A DNA stretch of 64,000 nucleotides from the human T2T-CHM13v2.0 reference genome, Homo sapiens, in NCBI RefSeq assembly GCF_009914755.1, contig NC_060940.1. One strand, given 5' to 3'. Positions 44,801 to 60,100 of this stretch are shown piece by piece. Below the pieces are notes generated by a model, which did no database searches, was not told the DNA's origin, and worked only from the letters and a program-made list of their open reading frames with translations. The number at the start of each line of letters is the position of its first letter. Position 1 is the stretch's first letter. A program made the position numbers and the translations under genes.

Positions 44801-47800
44801 ATTTCATTTGATGATGATTCCATTAGAGTCCATTCGATGATTTCATTCGAGTCCCTTCATTGATTCCATCCGATTTCATTGGATGATGACTCCATTCGAG
44901 TCCATTCGATGATTCCACTCGATTCCATTAGATGATTCCATTGGAGTCCATTTGATTGTTCCATTCGATTCCATTCGATTCCTTTCGAAGATTATTCCAT
45001 TTGAGTCCATTCGATGATGATTCCATTCCATTCCATTCGATGATTCCGTTTGATTCCATTCGATGATTCCCTTTGATTCCTTTCTGTGATGATTCCATTC
45101 CATTCCATTCAATGATTCCATTCTAATCTATTCCATGATGATTCCTTTCGATTCCATTCGCTGATGTTTCCGTTCAATTCCATTCGATGATGATTCCATT
45201 CGATCCCATTCATTGAGGATTCCATTTGATTCCATTCAATGATGATTCCATTCTATTCCATTCAATGATTGCATTCAATTCCATTCAATGATTATCCCCT
45301 TAGAGTAAACTCAACGATTCCATTCAATACCATTCGATGATGATTCCTTTTGAGTCCATTCAATGATTTCATTCAAGTCCATTTGATGATTCCTTTCAAT
45401 TCCATTCTATGATGATTCCATTCGAGTCCATTCGATGATTCCATTCGATTGCATTCGATGATTCCATTATATTCCATTCAACGGTGATTCCATTCGAGTC
45501 CATTCGATGATTCCATTAGAGTACATTTAATGATTGCTTTGTTTTCAATTCGAAGATGATTACATTGGATTCCATTCTATGATACCATTCGATTCCATTC
45601 AATGATGATTCCACTCAAATCCATTGGATGATTCCATTCGTGTCCATTCGGTGATTTCATTACATTCCATTCGAGGATGATTCCATTCGATTCCATTCGA
45701 TGATTCCATTCAATTCCATTCGATGATGATTCCATTCCAGTCCATATGATCATTCAATTTGATTTCATTCGATGATGATTCCATTCGATTCCTTTCGACG
45801 ATTCCATTCTATTCCATTCGATGATGATTCCATTCGAGTCCATTCGATGATTCCATTCGAGTCCATTTAATGATTCCATTGGGTTCAATTCAATGATGAT
45901 TACATTGGATTCCGTTCTATGATTCCATTCAATTCCGTTCATTGACAATTTGATTCCATTCGATGATGATTCCATTTGAGTTCATTCGATGATTCTATTC
46001 GATTCTCTTCGATGGTGATTCAATTCTATTATATTGGATGATTCCATTCGATTCCATTTGATGTTGATTCAATTCGATTCTATTCGATGATGATTCCATT
46101 GGATTTCACTTGATGATTCTATTCGATTCCATTCAATGATGATTCACTTCTCGTCCATTGGATGATTCCATTTCATTCCATTCGATGATGATTCCATTCG
46201 ATTCCATTCGATGATTCCGTTTGATTCCATGCGACGGTGAGCAATTCGATTCAATTCCATGATGATTCTATTTGATTCAATTAGATGATGTTTCCATTCG
46301 AATCCATTCCATGATTATTCCATTGGAATCCATTCGGCGATGATTCCATATGAGTCAATTCAATGATGATTCCATATGGGTCCGTTCGATGATAATTCCA
46401 TTTGATTTCATTCGATGCTTCTATTCAATTCCAGTCGATGATGATTCCGTTGGAGTCCATACGATGATTCCATTTGATTTCATTTCATGATGATTCCATT
46501 CGATGACGATTACATTGGATTCCATTCTATGATTCCATTCAATTCCATTCGTTGATGATTCGATTCCATTCAATGATGATTCCATTTGAGTTCATTCGGT
46601 GATTCTATTCGATTCCATTCTATGGTGATTCAATTCTCTTATATTGGATGATTCGACTCGATTCCATTTGATGATTATTCCATTGGAGTCCACTTAGTGA
46701 ATCCTTTAGATTCTACTCGAAGATGATTCCATTCGAGTCCATTCGATGATACCATTCAATTCCATTCGTTGATGCTTCCATTCAAGTGCATTCGATGATA
46801 TCATTCGATTCCATTTGATGATAATTCCATTTGATTCCATGCGATGATTCTATTCGATTCCATTCAATGATAATTCCATTCAATTCAGTGATTCCTCTGG
46901 ACTCCATTTGATGATGATTCCATTCAATGATTCCATTCGATTCTATTCGAAAATGATTACATTTGAATCCATTTGATGACGATTCCATTCCATTCCATTT
47001 GATGATTCCATACTATTCTATTCGATGATGATTCCATTCGATTCCATTCGATGATGATTGGATTCGATTCCATTTGATGATTTCATTTGATTCCATTCGT
47101 TAATGATTTCGATCAATTCCATTCGATGATTCCATTCGATTCCATTCGATAATGATTACATCCGAGTCCATTCGATGATTCCATTTGAGCCTGTTCGATA
47201 ATTCCATTTGAGTCCAACCAATGATTCCATTCATTTCCATTCAATGATTCCATTCGAGTCCATTTGATCATTCCGGTAGGGTCCATTCGATGTTGATTCC
47301 ATTGGAGTGCATTCGATGATTCCATTCGAGTCCATTTTAGGATTTGATTCGAGTCCTTTCGATGATTCCATTCGATTCCACTCGATGATGATTTCATTCG
47401 AGTCCATTCGACACTTCCAATCGATTCCATTTGATGATTCCATTCGAGTCCTATTGATGATTCCATTCAATTCCATTCGATGATGATTCCGTACGATTCC
47501 ATTCTGTGATGATTCCATGTGATTGCATTCAATGATGATTCCTTTCGATTGCATTCGATTATGATTCATTTCGTCTTCATTCTATGGTTCCACAGGTTTC
47601 CATTCGTGTCCATTCCATTATTCCATTCTATTCCATTTGATGATGATTCCATTCGATTCCATTCATTGGTGATTCCACTCAATTCCATTCAATGATTCCA
47701 TTCCATTTCTTTCAACAATGATTCCATTAGTTTCTAATCGATGATCCACTTGATTCCATTTGACGACGATTCCATTCTTGTCCATTCGATGATTCCATTT

Positions 47801-50800
47801 GATTCCATATGATGATGATTCCATTCGATTCCATACCATGATGATTCCATTCGAGTCCATTCAATGGTGATTCCATTCAATTCCATTCGATGATTCCTTT
47901 CGATTCCATTCGATGATGATGGCATTCGATTCCTTTCAATCATTCCCTTTGATTCCATTCAAAGGTGATTTCATTCAAGTCCATTCGATAATTGCATTCG
48001 ATTCCATTCTACGATGATTCCATTCGAGTCCATTTGATGATTCCATTCAATTCAAGTCAATGATGATTCCATTCGATTCCATTCGATGATTCCATTGGAT
48101 TCCATTCGATGATGATTCCATTCAAATCCATTCGATAATTCAATTCAAGTCCATTCGATGATGATTCCAATCGAATCCATTCAAAGATTCCATTCAGTTC
48201 CATTCGATGATTCCCTTGGATTCCATTCGATGATTCCACTTGATTGCATTTACGATGATTCCATTCGATTCCATGTGATGATTCCATTCAATTCTATTCA
48301 ATGATGTCTCCATTTGATTCCATTCGACCATGATTGCCTTTGATTCCATTCAATGATTCCATTCGGTTCCGTTTGATGATGATTCCGTTCGATTCCATTT
48401 GATGATTCCATTTGATTCCATTGGATGAGTCCATTCGATTACATTCGATGATTATTCCATTCGAGTGCATTAGATGATTCCATTCGAGTCCATTCGATGA
48501 TTCCATTCGATTCCATTCGATGTTGATTCTGTTCAAATCCATTCGATGATTCCACTCGATTCCATTCGTTGACTCCATTTGATCCCATTCGATGATTTCC
48601 TTTGATTCCCTTTGATGATCATTCCATTTGATTCAATTCGGTGATTTCATTTGATTCCATTCAGTGATGTTTCCATTCGACTCCATTCGATGATGATTCC
48701 ATTCGACTCCATTCGATTATGATTTCATTCAATTCCATTCGATAATGATTCCCTTCGAGTCCATTCGATGATTCCATTCGATTCCATTCAACGATGATTT
48801 GATTCGTGTCCATTCGATGATTCCATTTGATTCCACTTGATGATGATTCCATTCGAGTCCATTTGATGATTCCATTCAATTCCATACTCTGATGATTTCT
48901 TTTGAGCCCACTCAATGCTTCCACTCGATTCCATATGATGATGACTCCATTCGATGAAATTCGATGATGATTCCACTCGCTTGCTTTCGATGATGATTCC
49001 ACTTGAGTCCGTTAGAAGATTCTATTCAATTACATTCCATGACGATTCCGTTCGAGTCCATTTGATGATTCCATTAGACTCCATTCGACGATGATTCCAT
49101 TCGATGTTATTCCATGATTCCATTCGATCTCATTCGATGATGATTCCATTCAACTCCATTCGATGTTTCCATTCGAGTTCATTCTATTATTCCATTAGAT
49201 TCCATTCGATGATGATTCCATTCGATTCCATTTGATGATTGCATTCTATTTCATTTGATGATGATTCCATTCGAGTCCACTCGATGATTCCATTCGAGTC
49301 CATTTAATGAATCCATTGGTTTCAATTCTATGATGATTACATTGGATTCCATTCGTTGATGATTTCATTCAGTTCCATTCAATGATGATTCCATTCAATT
49401 CCTTTCAATGTTTCCATTCAATTCCATACGATGATGATTCCATTTGATTTGATTCGACAGTGAGCCATTCGATTCAATTTCATGATGATTCTATTTATTC
49501 AATTGGTTGACATTTCCATTCGATTCCATTCGATGATGATTCCCTTTGATTCCATTCAAAGATGATTCCATTCTAGCCCATTCAATCATTCCATTCGATT
49601 CTATTCAATGATGATTCCATTCATGTCGATTTGGTGATTCCATTTGACTTCATTTGATGATGATTCCTTTCAAGTTCATTAGATGATTCCATTCGATTCC
49701 ATTTGATGATGATCCCATTCGAGTCCATTCAGTGATTCCATTCGTTTCCATTCCATGATGATTCCATTCCTTTCCATTCAATGATTCCATTCGATTCCGT
49801 TTGATGATGATTTCATTCGAGTCCATTTGATGATTCCATTTGATTCCATTCGATGATGATTCCATTCGAGTCCATTCGATGATTCTATTCGAATCCATTT
49901 GATGATTTCTTTTGATTATATTTGGTGATGATTCCATTGGAGTCCATTCAATGATTCCATTCTATTCCAATCGATGATGATTCCATTAGAGTCCATTTAA
50001 TGATTCCATTTGATTCCAGTCTCTGATGATTACATTCGAGTCCATACGATGATTCCACTCAATTCCATATGATGATGATTCCATTTGATTCCATTCGGTG
50101 ATTCCATTCTATTCTATTCAATGGTGATTCCATTCGAGTACATTAGATGATTCCATTCGATTCCATTCAATGATGATTCTATTTGTGTCCCTTAGATGAT
50201 TCCACATGATTCCATTAGATGATGATACTATTTGAGCCCATCCAATGATTCCCTTCGATTCCATTCGATGAGGATTCCATTCGATTCAATTCATTGGTGA
50301 TTCTATTCAATTCAATTCTTTGATTCCATTCCATTCCATTAGACAATGATTCCATTCGATTTCTTTCGATGATTCCACTCGATTCCACTTGACATTGATT
50401 CCATTCGATTCCATTCAATGATTCCATTTGATTCCAGTGGATGATGATTGCCATCGATTCCATTCGATCACTCCATTCTATTCCATTTCATGATGATTAC
50501 ATTCGATTCCATTTGATGATTCCATCTGATTCTATTCGAGGATTCCATTTGATTCCATTCGATGATGATTCCATTCGAGTCCATTCGATGATTTCATTCA
50601 AGTACATCCAATGACTCCATTCGAGTCCATTAGATGATTCCATTTGATTCCATTTGAAAATGATTCTACTAGCGTCCATTCAATGACTCCATTCGATTCC
50701 ATTCAACAATTCCATTCGACTCCATTCGATGATTCCATTCGATTCCATTTGATGGTTCCATTCGAGTCCATTTAATCATTACAGTCGAGTCCATTTGGTG

Positions 50801-51144
50801 ATTCCACTGGATTTCTTTTGATAATGATACCATTCAATTACATTTGATGATGATCCCATTCAATTTCATTTGATGATGATTCCATTAGAGTCCATTCGAT
50901 GATTTCATTCGAGTCCCTTCATTGATTCCATCCGATTTCATTGGATGATGACTCCATTCGAGTCCATTCGATGATTCCACTCGATTCCATTAGATGATTC
51001 CATTGGAGTCCATTTGATTGTTCCATTCGATTCCATTCGATTCCTTTCGAAGATTATTCCATTTGAGTCCATTCGATGATGATTCCATTCCATTCCATTC
51101 GATGATTCCGTTTGATTCCATTCGATGATTCCCTTTGATTCCTT
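20835..51144 (+). repeat. Five tandem 6062-bp units (U5-U9, starting at 20835, 26897, 32959, 39021, 45083)
   Basis: Homologous ORF ends recur at exactly 6062 bp (21727, 27789, 33851, 39913, 45975, 52037) with near-identical translations. Confidence 0.95.
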
Positions 51145-54100
51145 TCTGTGATGATTCCATTCCATTCCATTCAATGATTCCATTCTAATCTATTCCATGA
51201 TGATTCCTTTCGATTCCATTCGCTGATGTTTCCGTTCAATTCCATTCGATGATGATTCCATTCGATCCCATTCATTGAGGATTCCATTTGATTCCATTCA
51301 ATGATGATTCCATTCTATTCCATTCAATGATTGCATTCAATTCCATTCAATGATTATCCCCTTAGAGTAAACTCAACGATTCCATTCAATACCATTCGAT
51401 GATGATTCCTTTTGAGTCCATTCAATGATTTCATTCAAGTCCATTTGATGATTCCTTTCAATTCCATTCTATGATGATTCCATTCGAGTCCATTCGATGA
51501 TTCCATTCGATTGCATTCGATGATTCCATTATATTCCATTCAACGGTGATTCCATTCGAGTCCATTCGATGATTCCATTAGAGTACATTTAATGATTGCT
51601 TTGTTTTCAATTCGAAGATGATTACATTGGATTCCATTCTATGATACCATTCGATTCCATTCAATGATGATTCCACTCAAATCCATTGGATGATTCCATT
51701 CGTGTCCATTCGGTGATTTCATTACATTCCATTCGAGGATGATTCCATTCGATTCCATTCGATGATTCCATTCAATTCCATTCGATGATGATTCCATTCC
51801 AGTCCATATGATCATTCAATTTGATTTCATTCGATGATGATTCCATTCGATTCCTTTCGACGATTCCATTCTATTCCATTCGATGATGATTCCATTCGAG
51901 TCCATTCGATGATTCCATTCGAGTCCATTTAATGATTCCATTGGGTTCAATTCAATGATGATTACATTGGATTCCGTTCTATGATTCCATTCAATTCCGT
52001 TCATTGACAATTTGATTCCATTCGATGATGATTCCATTTGAGTTCATTCGATGATTCTATTCGATTCTCTTCGATGGTGATTCAATTCTATTATATTGGA
52101 TGATTCCATTCGATTCCATTTGATGTTGATTCAATTCGATTCTATTCGATGATGATTCCATTGGATTTCACTTGATGATTCTATTCGATTCCATTCAATG
52201 ATGATTCACTTCTCGTCCATTGGATGATTCCATTTCATTCCATTCGATGATGATTCCATTCGATTCCATTCGATGATTCCATTTGATTCCATGCGACGGT
52301 GAGCAATTCGATTCAATTCCATGATGATTCTATTTGATTCAATTAGATGATGTTTCCATTCGAATCCATTCCATGATTATTCCATTGGAATCCATTCGGC
52401 GATGATTCCATATGAGTCAATTCAATGATGATTCCATATGGGTCCGTTCGATGATAATTCCATTTGATTTCATTCGATGCTTCTATTCTATTCCAGTCGA
52501 TGATGATTCCGTTGGAGTCCATACGATGATTCCATTTGATTTCATTTGATGATGATTCCATTCGATGATGATTACATTGGATTCCATTCTATGATTCCAT
52601 TCAATTCCATTCGTTGATGATTCGATTCCATTCAATGATGATTCCATTTGAGTTCATTCGATGATTCTATTCGATTCCGTTCGATGGTGATTCAATTCTA
52701 TTATATTGGATGATTCCACTCGATTCCATTTGATGATTATTCCATTGGAGTCCACTTAGTGAATCCTTTAGATTCTACTCGACGATGATTCCATTCGAGT
52801 CCATTCGATGATACCATTCAATTCCATTCGTTGATGCTTCCATTCAAGTGCATTCGATGATATCATTCGATTCCATTTGATGATAATTCCATTTGATTCC
52901 ATGCGATGATTCTATTCGATTCCATTCAATGATAATTCCATTCAATTCAGTGATTCCTCTGGACTCCATTTGATGATGATTCCATTCAATGATTCCATTC
53001 GATTCTATTCGAAAATGATTCCATTTGAATCCATTTGATGATGATTCCATTAGATTCCATTTGATGATTCCATTCGATTCCATTCGACGATGATTCCATT
53101 CGATTCCGTTTGATGATTCCATTCTATTCTATTCGATGATGATTCCATTCGATTCCATTCGATGATGATTGGATTCGATTCCATTGGATGATTTCATTTG
53201 ATTCCATTCGTTAATGATTTCGATCAATTCCATTCGATGATTCCATTCGATTCCATTCGATAATGATTACATCCGAGTCCATTCTATGATTCCATTGGAG
53301 CCTGTTCGATAATTCCATTTGAGTCCAACCAATGATTCCATTCATTTCCATTCAATGATTCCATTCGAGTCCATTTGATCATTCCGGTAGGGTCCATTCG
53401 ATGTTGATTCCATTGGAGTGCATTCGATGATTCCATTCGAGTCCATTTTAGGATTTGATTCGAGTCCTTTCGATGATTCCATTCGATTCCACTCGATGAT
53501 GATTTCATTCGAGTCCATTCGACACTTCCAATCGATTCCATTTGATGATTCCATTCGAGTCCAATTGATGATTCCATTCAATTCCATTCGATGATGATTC
53601 CGTACGATTCCATTCTGTGATGATTCCATGTGATTGCATTCAATGATGATTCCTTTCGATTGCATTCGATTATGATTCATTTCGTGTTCATTCTATGGTT
53701 CTACAGGTTTCCATTCGTGTCCATTCCATTATTCCATTCTATTCCATTTGATGATGATTCCATTCGATTCCATTCATTGGTGATTCCACTCAATTCCATT
53801 CAATGATTCCATTCCATTTCTTTCAACAATGATTCCATTAGTTTCTAATCGATGATCCACTTGATTCCATTTGACGACGATTCCATTCTTGTCCATTCGA
53901 TGATTCCATTTGATTCCATATGATGATGATTCCATTCGATTCCATACCATGATGATTCCATTCGAGTCCATTCAATGGTGATTCCATTCAATTCCATTAG
54001 ATGATTCCTTTTGATTCCATTCGATGATGATGGCATTCGATTCCTTTCAATCATTCTCTTTGATTCCATTCAAAGGTGATTTCATTCAAGTCCATTCGAT

Positions 54101-57100
54101 AATTGCATTCGATTCCATTCTATGATGATTCCATTCGAGTCCATTTGATGATTCCATTCAATTGAAGTCAATGATGATTCCATTCGATTCCATTCGATGA
54201 TTCCATGGGATTCCATTCGATGATGATTCCATTCAAATCCATTCGATAATTCAATTCAAGTCCATTCGATGATGATTCCAATCGAATCCATTCAAAGATT
54301 CCATTCAGTTCCATTCGATGATTCCCTTAGATTCCATTCGATGATTCCACTTGATTGCATTTACGATGATTCCATTCGATTCCATGTGATGATTCCATTC
54401 AATTCTATTCAATGATGTCTCCATTTGATTCCATTCGACCATGATTGCCTTTGATTCCATTCAATGATTCCATTCGGTTCCGTTTGATGATGATTCCGTT
54501 CGATTCCATTTGATGATTCCATTGGATTCCATTGGATGAGTCCATTCGATTACATTCGATGATTATTCCATTCGAGTGCATTAGATGATTCCATTCGAGT
54601 CCATTCGATGATTCCATTCGATTCCATTCGATGTTGATTCTGTTCAAATCCATTCGATGATTCCACTCGATTCCATTCGTTGACTCCATTTGATCCCATT
54701 CGATGATTTCCTTTGATTCCCTTTGATGATCATTCCATTTGATTCAATTCGGTGATTTCATTTGATTCCATTCAGTGATGTTTCCATTCGACTCCATTCG
54801 ATGATGATTCCATTCGACTCCATTCGATTATGATTTCATTCAATTCCATTCGATAATGATTCCCTTCGAGTCCATTCGATGATTCCATTCGATTCCATTC
54901 AACGATGATTTGATTCGTGTCCATTCGATGATTCCATTTGATTCCACTTGATGATGATTCCATTCGAGTCCATTTGATGATTCCATTCAATTCCATACTC
55001 CGATGATTTCTTTTGAGCCCACTCAATGCTTCCACTCGATTCCATATGATGATGACTCCATTCGATGAAATTCGATGATGATTCCATTCGCTTGCTTTCG
55101 ATGATGATTCCACTTGAGTCCGTTAGAAGATTCTATTCAATTACATTCCATGACGATTCCGTTCGAGTCCATTTGATGATTCCATTAGACTCCATTCGAC
55201 GATGATTCCATTCGATGTTATTCGATGATTCCATTCGATCTCATTCGATGATGATTCCATTCAACTCCATTCGATGTTTCCATTCGAGTTCATTCTATTA
55301 TTCCATTAGATTCCATTCGATGATGATTCCATTCGATTCCATTTGATGATTGCATTCTATTTCATTTGATGATGATTCCATTCGAGTCCACTCGATGATT
55401 CCATTCGAGTCCATTTAATGAATCCATTGGTTTCAATTCTATGATGATTACATTGGATTCCATTCGTTGATGAATTCATTCGGCTCCATTCAATGATGAT
55501 TCCATTCAATTCCTTTCAATGTTTCCATTCAATTCCATACGATGATGATTCCATTTGATTTGATTCGACAGTGAGCCATTCGATTCAATTCCATGATGAT
55601 TCTATTTGATTCAATTGGTTGACATTTCCATTCGATTCCATTCGATGATGATTCCCTTTGATTCCGTTCAAAGATGATTCCATTCTAGCCCATTCAATCA
55701 TTCCATTCGATTCTATTCAATGATGATTCCATTCATGTCGATTTGGTGATTCCATTTGACTTCATTTGATGATGATTCCTTTCAAGTTCATTAGATGATT
55801 CCATTCGATTCCATTTGATGATGATCCCATTCGAGTCCATTCAGTGATTCCATTCGTTTCCATTCCATGATGATTCCATTCCTTTCCATTCAATGATTCC
55901 ATTCGATTCCGTTTGATGATGATTTCATTCGAGTCCATTTGATGATTCCATTTGATTCCATTCGATGATGATTCCATTCGAGTCCATTCGATGATTCTAT
56001 TCGAATCCATTTGATGATTTCTTTTGATTATATTTGGTGATGATTCCATTGGAGTCCATTCAATGATTCCATTCTATTCCAATCGATGATGATTCCATTA
56101 GAGTCCATTTAATGATTCCATTTGATTCCAGTCTCTGATGATTACATTCGAGTCCATACGATGATTCCACTCAATTCCATATGATGATGATTCCATTTGA
56201 TTCCATTCGGTGATTCCATTCTATTCTATTCAATGGTGATTCCATTCGAGTACATTAGATGATTCCATTCGATTCCATTCAATGATGATTCTATTTGTGT
56301 CCCTTAGATGATTCCACATGATTCCATTACATGATGATACTATTTGAGCCCATCCAATGATTCCCTTCGATTCCATTCGATGAGGATTCCATTCGATTCA
56401 ATTCATTGGTGATTCTATTCAATTCAATTCTTTGATTCCATTCCATTCCATTCGACAATGATTCCATTCGATTTCTTTCAATGATTCCACTCGATTCCAC
56501 TTGACATTGATTCCATTCGATTCCATTCAATGATTCCATTTGATTCCAGTGGATGATGATTGCCATCGATTCCATTCGATCACTCCATTCTATTCCATTT
56601 GATGATGATTACATTCGATTCCATTTGATGATTCCATCTGATTCTATTCGAGGATTCCATTTGATTCCATTCGATGATGATTCCATTCGAGTCCATTTGA
56701 TGATTTCATTCGAGTACATCCAATGATTACATTCGAGTCCATTAGATGATTCCATTTGATTCCATTTGAAAATGATTCTACTAGAGTCCATTCAATGACT
56801 CCATTCGAGTCCATTCAACAATTCCATTCGACTCCATTCGATGATTCCATTCGATTCCATTTGATGGTTCCATTCGAGTCCATTTAATCATTACAGTCGA
56901 GTCCATTTGGTGATTCCACTGGATTTCTTTTGATAATGATACCATTCAATTACATTTGATGATGATCCCATTCAATTTCATTTGATGATGATTCCATTAG
57001 AGTCCATTCGATGATTTCATTCGAGTCCCTTCATTGATTCCATCCGATTTCATTGGATGATGACTCCATTCGAGTCCATTCGATGATTCCACTCGATTCC

Positions 57101-60100
57101 ATTAGATGACTCCATTGGAGTCCATTTGATTGTTCCATTCGATTCCATTCGATTCCTTTCGAAGATTATTCCATTTGAGTCCATTCGATGATGATTCCAT
57201 TCCATTCCATTCGATGATTCCGTTTGATTCCATTCGATGATTCCCTTCGATTCCTTTCTTTGATGATTCCATTCCATTCCATTCAATGATTCCATTCGAA
57301 TCTATTCCATGATGATTCCTTTCGATTCCATTCGCTGATGTTTCCGTTCAATTCCATTCGATGATGATTCCATTCGATTCCATTCATTGAGGATTCCATT
57401 TGATTCCATTCAATGATGATTCCATTCTATTCCATTCAATGATTGCATTCAATTCCATTCAATGATTATCCCATTAGAGTAAACTCAACGATTCCATTCA
57501 ATACCATTCAATGATGATTCCTTTTGAGTCCATTCAATGATTTCATTCAAGTCCATTTGATGATTCCTTTCAATTCCATTCTATGATGATTCCATTCGAG
57601 TCCATTCGATGATTCCATTCAATTGCATTCGATGATTCCATTATATTCCATTCAACGGTGATTCCATTCGAGTCCATTCCATGATTCCATTAGAGTACAT
57701 TTAATGATTGCTTTGTTTTCAATTCGAAGATGATTACATTGGATTCCATTCTATGATACCATTCGATTCCATTCAATGATGATTCCACTCAAATCCATTG
57801 GATGATTCCATTCGTGTCCATTCGGTGATTTCATTACATTCCATTCGAGGATGATTCCATTCGATTCCATTCGATGATTCCATTCAATTCCATTCGATGA
57901 TGATTCCATTCCAGTCCATATGATCATTCCATTTGATTTCATTCGATGATGATTCCATTCGATTCCTTTCGACGATTCCATTCTATTCCATTCGATGATG
58001 ATTCCATTCGAGTCCATTCGATGATTCCATTCGAGTCCATTTAATGATTCCATTGGGTTCAATTCAATGATGATTACATTGGATTCCGTTCTATGATTCC
58101 ATTCAATTCCGTTCATTGACAATTTGATTCCATTCGATGATGATTCCATTTGAGTTCATTCGATGATTCTATTCGATTCTCTTCGATGGTGATTCAATTC
58201 TATTATATTGGATGATTCCATTCGATTCCATTTGATGTTGATTCAATTCGATTCTATTCGATGATGATTCCATTGGATTTCACTTGATGATTCTATTCGA
58301 TTCCATTCAATGATGATTCACTTCTCGTCCATTGGATGATTCCATTTCATTCCATTCGATGATGATTCCATTCGATTCCATTCGATGATTCCATTTGATT
58401 CCATGCGACGGTGAGCAATTCGATTCAATTCCATGATGATTCTATTTGATTCAATTAGATGATGTTTCCATTCGAATCCATTCCATGATTATTCCATTGG
58501 AATCCATTCGGCGATGATTCCATATGAGTCAATTCAATGATGATTCCATATGGGTCCGTTCGATGATAATTCCATTTGATTTCATTCGATGCTTCTATTC
58601 TATTCCAGTCGATGATGATTCCGTTGGAGTCCATACGATGATTCCATTTGATTTCATTTGATGATGATTCCATTCGATGATGATTACATTGGATTCCATT
58701 CTATGATTCCATTCAATTCCATTCGTTGATGATTCGATTCCATTCAATGATGATTCCATTTGAGTTCATTCGATGATTCTATTCGATTCCGTTCGATGGT
58801 GATTCAATTCCATTATATTGGATGATTCCACTCGATTCCATTTGATGATTATTCCATTGGAGTCCACTTAGTGAATCCTTTAGATTCTACTCGACGATGA
58901 TTCCATTCGAGTCCATTCGATGATACCATTCAATTCCATTCGTTGATGCTTCCATTCAAGTGCATTCGATGATATCATTCGATTCCATTTGATGATAATT
59001 CCATTTGATTCCATGCGATGATTCTATTCGATTCCATTCAATGATAATTCCATTCAATTCAGTGATTCCTCTGGACTCCATTTGATGATGATTCCATTCA
59101 ATGATTCCATTCGATTCTATTCGAAAATGATTCCATTTGAATCCATTTGATGATGATTCCATTAGATTCCATTTGATGATTCCATTCGATTCCATTCGAC
59201 GATGATTCCATTCGATTCCGTTTGATGATTCCATTCTATTCTATTCGATGATGATTCCATTCGATTCCATTTGATGATGATTGGATTCGATTCCATTGGA
59301 TGATTTCATTTGATTCCATTCGTTAATGATTTCGATCAATTCCATTCGATGATTCCATTCGATTCCATTCGATAATGATTACATCCGAGTCCATTCTATG
59401 ATTCCATTGGAGCCTGTTCGATAATTCCATTTGAGTCCAACCAATGATTCCATTCATTTCCATTCAATGATTCCATTCGAGTCCATTTGATCATTCCGGT
59501 AGGGTCCATTCGATGTTGATTCCATTGGAGTGCATTCGATGATTCCATTCGAGTCCATTTTAGGATTTGATTCGAGTCCTTTCGATGATTCCATTCGATT
59601 CCACTCGATGATGATTTCATTCGAGTCCATTCGACACTTCCAATCGATTCCATTTGATGATTCCATTCGAGTCCAATTGATGATTCCATTCAATTCCATT
59701 CGATGATGATTCCGTACGATTCCATTCTGTGATGATTCCATGTGATTGCATTCAATGATGATTCCTTTCGATTGCATTCGATTATGATTCATTTCGTGTT
59801 CATTCTATGGTTCTACAGGTTTCCATTCGTGTCCATTCCATTATTCCATTCTATTCCATTTGATGATGATTCCATTCGATTCCATTCATTGGTGATTCCA
59901 CTCAATTCCATTCAATGATTCCATTCCATTTCTTTCAACAATGATTCCATTAGTTTCTAATCGATGATCCACTTGATTCCATTTGACGACGATTCCATTC
60001 TTGTCCATTCGATGATTCCATTTGATTCCATATGATGATGATTCCATTCGATTCCATACCATGATGATTCCATTCGAGTCCATTCAATGGTGATTCCATT

